Shown piece by piece: positions 40,201 to 47,368 of a stretch of DNA of 64,000 nt (the first letter of the stretch is position 1; each line of letters opens with the position of its first letter). The notes beneath the pieces are model-generated. The model made no database searches, had not been told where the DNA came from, and saw only the letters and a program-made list of their open reading frames with translations. Both the position numbers and the translations under genes were made by a program. Origin of the DNA: an uncultured delta proteobacterium (GTDB lineage Bacteria > Desulfobacterota > BSN033 > UBA1163); NCBI GenBank assembly GCA_963711845.1, contig CAVQFR010000007.1:2165-66164 (forward strand), given 5' to 3'.

Positions 40201-40663
40201 ATGGTCCTCATGAGCTACAGGTGCACCGAAAAGAGCCATCACTCCATCCCCCGTAAACTGATTGATGGTCCCTTCGTATTTGTGAATCTCATCCATTGAA
40301 ATCCTGAAACATCCGTCCATGATTTGATGGACCTCCTCTGGATCGAGCTTCTCAGACATGGAGGTGTAATTGAGCCACATCCGCAAAGAGCACCGTTACA
40401 AGTTTCCGTTCACCTTCGATAGAGCTGCGGGTAGTGAGGATCTTATCAGCCAAGAATTTGGGGGTGTAGGATTTGGGCTTTGAGTAGTCGATAGGAGGAG
40501 CTTCTTTACGCTTCTCAAGAGCAGTCCCGCACTCACCGCAGAATCTGAATTGGGGCGGATTAAAAAAATTGCAGTGCGGGCAGACCTTTTCTAACTTAGT
40601 TCCACATCCTCCACAAAATTTCATGCCTTCAGGGTTTTCAGTCGAACATTTCTTGCACTTCAT
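37297..40663 (-). CDS. Second double-zinc-ribbon / cyclase / STAND NTPase / TPR protein, tandem paralog; one frame change at ~40352-40386
   Basis: The 103 aa ORF holds the zinc ribbons (MKCKKCSTENPEGMKFCGGCG … CPHCNFFN … CGECGTAL) and the start of the cyclase (GERKLVTVLFADV). It overlaps the 1029 aa ORF, which holds the rest of the cyclase (GDGVMALFG), the Walker A (VVGEAGVGKSRIIFE) and the TPRs. It lies 29 nt upstream of 33917-37267. Confidence 0.75.
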
Positions 40664-40766
40664 GGTGCCTCTCTTTCACGACAACTAGCGAAAAAACATT
40701 GCCCGCTGTGAGAAAGGCTTGCTGCTACTCTCCTCTGGTGAATCAAGCTATTTTAGACTGGCTCTC

Positions 40767-42245
40767 TTAGAAGACATCCTCGACACCTTTTTTCAAAGGG
40801 ATCCTTAATGAAAAGATCGTTCCGGAAGCAAAACAATCTGACCTGTTGCCGATAAACTGACAGAGAGATATCCGCCCCGGGCATTCATCGATGTCCTCTG
40901 GGATGTAGCTGCAACGGGTGCTCTCGAAATCGATTTCGAAACCATAACGTTCTGAAAATACCTTGGCCCTAAGAAGGTCTGCGCCGGAACCGCCGGCATT
41001 GAAGTCGTAGGGAGCCTTCGTAGAGTAATAGTTTGTATCCTGGGTGTGAAAGAAGCCGGTGAGCACCAGTCTTTGGTTCTCGGCTGTAATTCCGGTGCCA
41101 AAGTCCCGAAAACGGATAACCATTTGGTCACCCTCGATTTTGGCCGTCACTTCAATCCTACCCTGGTCAGGAGTATTCTCGACGGCATTTTTCAGTATGC
41201 CGCTGCATACCTTCTCAAGGGCACTCCGATTTGCAATGATCGTCACCCCCTTGTCGAAATCCTGGACGATCTCTACTTCTCTTTGCCCCATGGCTCTGCG
41301 GGTGTCGTCACATATGGACTGGAGAAAGTCCTCGACGAAAAGCTTCTCTGTACGTTCCTCGCCAACTTTGTAGATCGAATCGAGGTAATCCGAAAGGAGA
41401 TTGAGCACCTTGCTGTACTTGCCTCGACGCACTCCGTTCTGGTATTCAATGAAATGAAGGGCATTCTCGATGATCTTAGTAATTTTTGTCCGGTCTTCTA
41501 CCGATCTTTCTCTGATGATGTTGTCAATCTCCTCCTGAAGTCGCATCAAGCGATGTAGATTCCTTTGGGCGATGATCACGCTCCTCTCCAGTCCGGTGAT
41601 CTTTGCCTGGCTGAGCCCACTTGAAATCCTAGCAAACGTGGCTGAGATAAGGGCAAGGGGCGTTGCCAACTCGTGAGAAAGATGGTTGATTGCCCTCTCT
41701 TTCGCCTTGTTCATCGACTTCAACTCCTCGTAGAGCCTGGAGTTTTCAAGGGCGATGGTGGCATAGTCCGCGATGGAGGAGAGCATTTCCACATCGTCGT
41801 CCGTGAAATTTCCCCTGTTCTTATTCAGAGCCTGAAGGGTTCCCACGCACTCCTTCTGTCTGTTGATCAACGGGACACAGAGGATGTTTCTTGTCCGGAA
41901 ACGTGTTTTTTCGTCCACGTCGGCATCGAACCGTGGATCACTGGACGTGTCATTGACGATGGTGGGGGCTCGGTTCTGGAACACCCAGCCTGCTATCCCG
42001 TACGTTGCAGGGATCCGGATCTCGTTCTTCTTGAGGTCCGTCGAGACGAGGGACCATAGTTCGTTAGGTTTCTTGTCGTACAAGAATATGGAACTCGCCT
42101 GGGTGTCCATGATACCGTTCGTGTGTTGGATAATAAGAGGAAAGAGTGCCTCCAGATTCATCTCCGACGTAATGATCTGACCCACCTGGAGAAGTTTCGC
42201 GTAACGCTCGACTTTCTGTTCCACTGTATAATCCCTTACCCTCAT
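40767..42245 (-). CDS. GAF-domain sensor histidine kinase with a C-terminal Cys-rich extension (paralog of 22072-23535)
   Basis: 492 aa. GAF region, H-box (INHLSHELATPLALI), N box (ILKNAVENT), G box (DFGTGI). The tail is CSYIPEDIDECPGRISLCQFIGNRSDCFASG. It lies ~100 nt upstream of the tandem cyclase genes on the same strand. Confidence 0.8.
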   Translation of the reverse strand: MRVRDYTVEQKVERYAKLLQVGQIITSEMNLEALFPLIIQHTNGIMDTQASSIFLYDKKPNELWSLVSTDLKKNEIRIPATYGIAGWVFQNRAPTIVNDTSSDPRFDADVDEKTRFRTRNILCVPLINRQKECVGTLQALNKNRGNFTDDDVEMLSSIADYATIALENSRLYEELKSMNKAKERAINHLSHELATPLALISATFARISSGLSQAKITGLERSVIIAQRNLHRLMRLQEEIDNIIRERSVEDRTKITKIIENALHFIEYQNGVRRGKYSKVLNLLSDYLDSIYKVGEERTEKLFVEDFLQSICDDTRRAMGQREVEIVQDFDKGVTIIANRSALEKVCSGILKNAVENTPDQGRIEVTAKIEGDQMVIRFRDFGTGITAENQRLVLTGFFHTQDTNYYSTKAPYDFNAGGSGADLLRAKVFSERYGFEIDFESTRCSYIPEDIDECPGRISLCQFIGNRSDCFASGTIFSLRIPLKKGVEDVF

Positions 42246-42246
42246 G

Positions 42247-42422
42247 TGGGGCCCATTTTCAGAAGCTTCCGGGCTTCTTGTAGATCGAACTCTGCCCCGA
42301 TTTCGGCGAAGATTGCTTCAGCTTTTTCTAGATGGGCGCGATCCTTGAATGTGTTTTGCCCCACATTCCTTACAGAACTTCTTTGTCTCCGGATTTTCAG
42401 CCTGGCATTTCGGGCATTTCAT
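42247..42422 (-). pseudogene. Deletion remnant of a zinc-ribbon / cyclase / STAND / TPR paralog: first ~25 codons fused to a C-terminal fragment
   Basis: ORF reads MKCPKCQAENPETKKFCKECGAKHIQGSRPSRKS*, nearly identical at the DNA level to the 5' end of 33917-37267. A +2 frame reads …KAEAIFAEIGAEFDLQEARKLLKMGPT*, which resembles the extreme C-terminus of the 1116 aa protein (…AIQIFEQTEAEGFLKQAKEAL…). Confidence 0.5.
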
Positions 42423-42514
42423 TTTTGGCCTCTCCTTTGAAAGAGACCCAGGATACAATTATTAAAGATTGAGTTTGGTTGGAAGTTTAACCTGAGGTCT
42501 TACGTTCTGATAAA

Positions 42515-42543
42515 AAGTTACTACTTTGGAATAAAAAGGTCAA
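42515..42543 (-). promoter_or_regulatory. sigma70-like promoter (TTGACC, 17 nt spacer, TAACTT), same family as 30494-30522 and 44961-44989
   Basis: Minus-strand reading: cttgTTGACC tttttattccaaagtag TAACTT, ~90 nt upstream of the remnant ORF. It could drive the remnant, GAF-HK and tandem cyclase genes through to 31967. Confidence 0.4.
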
Positions 42544-42697
42544 CAAGAATTGAAGGTTAGCACCATCCCAGATTTCTACCGGTCAAAACGCCAATCCGAA
42601 GCTTCCACCTATCTTCATTCTTAGATAGCCTTGAAGGTAACATTACTGGAAGAAACATTTATTAAATGAAGAGGAACTGTTTCCAAGTCACCTACCC

Positions 42698-44608
42698 TCA
42701 CTTCAGTCCCGCCTTGCGCAAGGCGTTAACAACTTTATCTATTTCTGATTGATCCTTATAGGGAGTGACTGTCTTTGCAAAGTAATCCAGTGAGAACTTT
42801 GGATTTATCCTGAGGACTTCTTCAGCCTCAGCACGGGCCTCCTTCTCTCGACCCATCATACTGTATGTAGTCGCCAGACCAATATGGGCAATGATGATGA
42901 TCAGGCGCACGCTGAAGTGCCTTTCTTATATGCCGAAACCGCCTCTTCAAACCGACCCGTCATCCGGAGGGCATGGCCAAAGTATACAAAGGTATAGGCC
43001 GCAGCATTGGGGTTGAGTCGGATTGCTTTTTGGAACATTGGAATGGCTTCCTCCGGCCGGCATGCAAAGAGCAGGGCCGAGGCATATGCAGCATAGGCAC
43101 CCGATCCGCTGGGATCGAGGGCTACAGCCCGTTCCCCTTCAGCAATCGCCTTGTCATACTCCCTTTTGTAATATAGAGAACAGTCAACATGATGTGGGCA
43201 ATGGGTATGGAATCATCCATGGCAAGGGCTTTTTTCGCCAGCTCTTCAGCTTTCTCAAGAGTCTCCCGAGGGGACTTCGTGTTGCCAAGCTAATAATCGG
43301 TCATGTAGACCCCACTGAGTTGGGCATAACCTACTGGATTTTCTGGACACATTGAAATAGCCTCCTCTGTAAGCCGCCGAGCCACGTTGTTGTCCTCGAT
43401 ATTGAGACGGTCACTGTATTTGGCCGCCTCCATTAGCTTCAACATAGCAATCGAAACCTTGCTTCCCCCTGTAGTATTTCGAGTACGCCGAGGATATTTC
43501 CCCCTCCGTCAGCTTCACTCGGATGGCCGTCAAGATCTTCATGGTGATCTCATCCTGCAGGGCAAATAGGTCTTTCAGATCACGATCGTACCGCTCTGCC
43601 CAGAGGTGATGTCCTGTGAGGGCATCGATCAACTGGGCATTAATCCGGATGCGGTCAGCAGACCTCTGAACGCTCCCCTCCAGCACATACCGAACCCCAA
43701 GCTCCTCGCTCACCTGCTTAACCTTCACAGGTTTGCCCTTATAGAAAAAGGTTGACTGTCTGGATATCACAAATAAGCGGGGAACTTTGGAGAGAGCGGT
43801 GATGATGTTCTCGGTGATCCCGTCACTAAAAAACTCCTGTTTGGGGTCTTCGCTCATGTTCACAAAGGGCATTACGGCAATAGAGGGCACATCGGGCAAG
43901 GGAAACGCCATCTTTTCTTTGGAGGCGACTTCAATCGGAGAAGTGGGACGTAAGTATGAGCGCCAGATCACAACAATTGCGGCTACTACAATTAGGATTG
44001 CTATAACAATGAAAGCCGTCTTCTGCCATTTTGTTATAGCAGCCTTTTTCTCTGCGGCGATACGGGGGACAGCAGCCCCAGGCTCCAATAGAACACGATA
44101 CACCCGCACCGGCTTGGCGATGTTCTTAACAGCCTGTTCCCCAAGAAATTCATATCCAAGAGATAATTTATTCTCCACCTGATCATAAGCTGTTCCGGAT
44201 ATGCAGATGCCTCCTGCTTCGGAGAGACTTTCCATACGGGCCGCAATGTTGACTCCATCGCCGAGGATCTTATCCCCCTCCTCGATTACATCCCCAAGGT
44301 TGACACCAATTCGAAACTCCATCCGGCGGTTTTCAGGTAATTCTGCATTTCGAGCTTTAAGTTCTTTTTGGATCTCAACAGCACACTCAACCACATCCAC
44401 CACGCTGGCAAACTCGGCCAATAGATTATCCCCTGGGGCATCGACCACTCGGCCATGGTGTTGCTGAATGAGGTTGGTCATCACCTCCTTGTAAGCATTC
44501 AGGGTGTGAACGGTTCCCATTCTCATCTTCTCCCATGAGACGACTATAACCCTTCACATCGGCACTGAGGATGGCAGTGAGCTTACGTTTAACTTTTTGG
44601 GTAGTCAT
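42698..44608 (-). pseudogene. Degraded third paralog of the membrane cyclase / TolB-N-like / TPR gene, with multiple frame disruptions
   Basis: Fragments in three frames. The N-terminus is MTTQKVKRKLTAILSADVKGYSRLMGEDE. The cyclase core is VDAPGDNLLAEF…GGICISG, with a TM helix and TolB-N-like domain (…QLIDALTGHHLWAERYDR). The TPR tail is …GLATTYSMMGREKEARAEAEEVLRINPKFSL…RKAGLK. At least 4 frame breaks (near 44520, 43400, 43200 and 42900) and missing residues. Confidence 0.6.
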
Positions 44609-44960
44609 GGAATCCTCTTCTAAAGTCTTATAAATGGAAGGATAGAAACAACTTCTTATAAGACTTTGGTTTTAGAATGGTTTATGGGCCCCTAGGGAGG
44701 TAAAACCCTCTCGGAGGCTTCATATCGGCCCCTTTTGGATTTCCCATTTCATTTCCAACTCCAAAAGGTTGAGGTTGTCTTGTCTTTTGATTTATGATAG
44801 GAAGGAAATTATCTTACCCCGGCAGCAGAAAGTCCCCCCCGGTTTAAACGGGAGAGGATGAATGCGCCAACTTTTGGCCGGGATGTCGCCCCGTTTGGGC
44901 GTTCGTCACGTGCCACGGGCTTTGTCCGTGGGGCTCCACATACCATCAAATGCTGTTAAC

Positions 44961-44989
44961 AAACTACTCATTTTCTACGGGAAAGTCAA
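44961..44989 (-). promoter_or_regulatory. sigma70-like promoter (TTGACT, 17 nt spacer, TAGTTT), third member of the conserved cyclase-gene promoter family
   Basis: Minus-strand reading: cctgTTGACT ttcccgtagaaaatgag TAGTTT, ~350 nt upstream of the start of degraded cyclase paralog 3. It lies in the divergent region shared with the phosphodiesterase gene. Confidence 0.4.
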
Positions 44990-45069
44990 CAGGAATTTGA
45001 AGTTGCCAGTTTTCGGTTTGGTAGGGTTTCAACATATTCCTCAGGCGTCGCATAGAGGGGAGGGTTGAT

Positions 45070-45834
45070 ATGAAAATCAAGGTACTCGGGTGTTCAGGCG
45101 CAGAGTTTCCTAACCATCATTTTTCAAGTTTCTTAATAGATGGCAAAATCTTATTCGACGCTGGGAGTGTAACGGATGTCCTCAGCGAGAAAGATCAGCT
45201 GAAGATCAAAAGTATTTTTGTGACCCATGCCCATCTAGATCATATAAAAGGAATCCCTTTTCTCGCGGATAATATCCTCATCGGAAATAAACAGGGGAGG
45301 GTTGATATCTTCAGCATCCAACCTGTGATCAAAGCAATCAAGGAGAGTCTCTTGAATGATGTCGTATGGCCCGATTTTACCAAGATTCCACGTGGCCTTG
45401 GTAGCATCTTGAGGATGAACAAACTGAAGCCTGGCGAACCCGTCAGAATTGACGGTTATTGCATTGTACCTTTTGAAGTTAACCACGCTGTCCCTGCGGT
45501 GGGATATCTCGTCGAGAGCCAAAAAAAGAGGCGGCTCTTCTACAGTGGCGACACAGGACCCACTGACAAGACATGGAAGGAAATTGCAGTGAAGATCGAT
45601 TGTCTTATCCTTGACGTTACTTTTCCGAATAAAATGGCAAGAGAGGCGATCAGAACAGGACATTTGACTCCGTGCTTATTAAGAATGGAGCTTTCAAAAA
45701 TGAAAAATATGCCTGAAAGGATTTATGTCACACATGCAAAACCCCAGTACTCGGAGACCATCGCCTCAGAACTGAAAAGACTTAGGATCAATCATCTTAG
45801 GTTATTGAAAGACGGAGAATCTATCGAGCTTTAG
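45070..45834 (+). CDS. Class II 3',5'-cyclic-nucleotide phosphodiesterase (CpdP-like, metallo-beta-lactamase fold)
   Basis: 254 aa. N-terminus KVLGCSGAEFP. Class II PDE signature H-x-H-L-D-H (FVTHAHLDHIKGIPFL). SD gagggga upstream. Confidence 0.7.
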   Translation: MKIKVLGCSGAEFPNHHFSSFLIDGKILFDAGSVTDVLSEKDQLKIKSIFVTHAHLDHIKGIPFLADNILIGNKQGRVDIFSIQPVIKAIKESLLNDVVWPDFTKIPRGLGSILRMNKLKPGEPVRIDGYCIVPFEVNHAVPAVGYLVESQKKRRLFYSGDTGPTDKTWKEIAVKIDCLILDVTFPNKMAREAIRTGHLTPCLLRMELSKMKNMPERIYVTHAKPQYSETIASELKRLRINHLRLLKDGESIEL

Positions 45835-46164
45835 CCCTGCTTCCCCTATCTACGGGCCGGGGACATTCGGAGGGTAACTACTACTAGAGGATGGAAGTTT
45901 TTGTAGTTCGGAGCTGCACGGTTGCCCCTACGGTTTCCAAATACCAATTGTGTTGGGAAGAAGACAGATAACTGGACAACCTAAAGTATGGATAATCAAA
46001 GATGATTGTGCTAAAAATCCTTTATTTGTTCTAATACAATATCCGCCTCTTCACTCATCAAAAAGTTGCGAAATTCGTCCACGATGGGGAGCCAGGAAAC
46101 AAAGGGCCCGTACTTTTTAGCATGGGCCTTTTTGTTTCCTAATTTTCCCGATTGTAGTTGTATA

Positions 46165-46285
46165 GGCCTTGAAACTTGAAACAAGCTTGGATAATGTCTC
46201 ACCAAGAATCATTTCCTCTTTCAATCTTCCAGACGTTTTATCCACTTCAACAAAATCTTCTGTTGACCCTCAAGACCAAGCACCA
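46165..46285. repeat. ~120 bp repeat, copy 1 (MITE-like)
   Basis: ggccttgaaacttgaaacaagcttggataatgtctcacc … tcaagaccaagcacca. It is ~85% identical by eye to 47201-47320. Confidence 0.55.
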
Positions 46286-46405
46286 GTTACTTGCATTGAT
46301 TGTTGGGACGTGAACCTCAATCTCCCTCTTCTAAAATGGTAAGCCGATGCTAAGTTGTTTTAGAACCTACTTCTCCTCGTTCCCCTCCAGATTTGACGTC
46401 ATTCT

Positions 46406-47179
46406 CTACACGAAACGCGCTATTGTCCTAGATGGATCCCTTGTGGCATCACAAACGATAAGGGTTGTCACCATGTCGACGTACCTGTTCCCCTGTGGAT
46501 ATAGGTGTCTTCCAAGTTGGTCAAAATCTCCATTGATATCCGTGTAGCTCAAGACCGTCGTAAAGAGAGGGGTATCATCAATGTTACCTAATACCTCACC
46601 GATAACCCCTATCAGCGGAAGAAAAGCTTCGTAAATAGCGCCCCCGCCTCCAGTAGCCGCCGCGATAATCGCTTTGATCACCCCCTTAAAATCGTCTGTC
46701 TTCCTGAGTGAAGCCAGAGCCGCGCCCACGTCACGAATGGCCTCATTACTTTTCATTATGGATGCGAGGACATGGATTGCACCCGGTGGTTTGTTTTTTG
46801 TCTCCTCCTCCTTCCAATAATAGACGGTCCTATCAACAGATAGCTGCTCTCCATCGTCTACATCGGCAAAGCCTTTTAAATTGAGCAAATAGGGTTCGGT
46901 CCCGAGGCTATCGACACTGGAGGCAATAACATAGAGATTGGAATATCTGATAAAAGGCCAGACATGGGGCGTTTTGTTGTCTCTGATGAGGACTTGTGAC
47001 AATCTGACCTCCAGCCCGGTTAATTTCTTTGAGGTAGGGATACCGAGAGACGCGAAACGTACGGAACGTGAACTATCACCTTTCGGCAGACTCACGATTG
47101 CCCTTTGTGTATCGGCCAGGTTCATTTTCATATTATCCAATCCCTTCGTACTGGGTTTTTCTGCTGGAGCCATTCCCAT
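46406..47179 (-). CDS. Hypothetical protein (257 aa) bracketed by the two ~120 bp direct repeats
   Basis: ORF with a Gly-rich segment (AAATGGGGAIYEAFLPLIGVIGEVLGN). No recognisable domain or signal peptide. Confidence 0.4.
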   Translation of the reverse strand: MGMAPAEKPSTKGLDNMKMNLADTQRAIVSLPKGDSSRSVRFASLGIPTSKKLTGLEVRLSQVLIRDNKTPHVWPFIRYSNLYVIASSVDSLGTEPYLLNLKGFADVDDGEQLSVDRTVYYWKEEETKNKPPGAIHVLASIMKSNEAIRDVGAALASLRKTDDFKGVIKAIIAAATGGGGAIYEAFLPLIGVIGEVLGNIDDTPLFTTVLSYTDINGDFDQLGRHLYPQGNRYVDMVTTLIVCDATRDPSRTIARFV

Positions 47180-47200
47180 TAATGTCTATCACTGGTGACT

Positions 47201-47320
47201 GGCCTTGAAACTTGAAACAAGTTTGGATAAATTCTCACCACAATCATTTCCTCTATCAATCTTCCAGATGTCTCATCCGCTTCAACAAAACCTTCTCTCA
47301 AGTTTCAAGCTTAAGCACCA
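47201..47320. repeat. ~120 bp repeat, copy 2, with 12 bp terminal inverted repeats (MITE-like)
   Basis: Left end cttgaaacttga and right end tcaagtttcaag are exact reverse complements. The element also carries an internal tandem (cttgaaa)x2. Confidence 0.55.
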
Positions 47321-47368
47321 TTCGCTTCATCCACTCCCCGACTCCCCCCGCCGTCACGAAGGCCCCAT

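Noticed and set aside
46011-46205. 64 aa ORF overlapping repeat copy 1
   Set aside because: The start falls inside the MITE-like repeat and depends on a non-ATG start. No RBS. Probably spurious.
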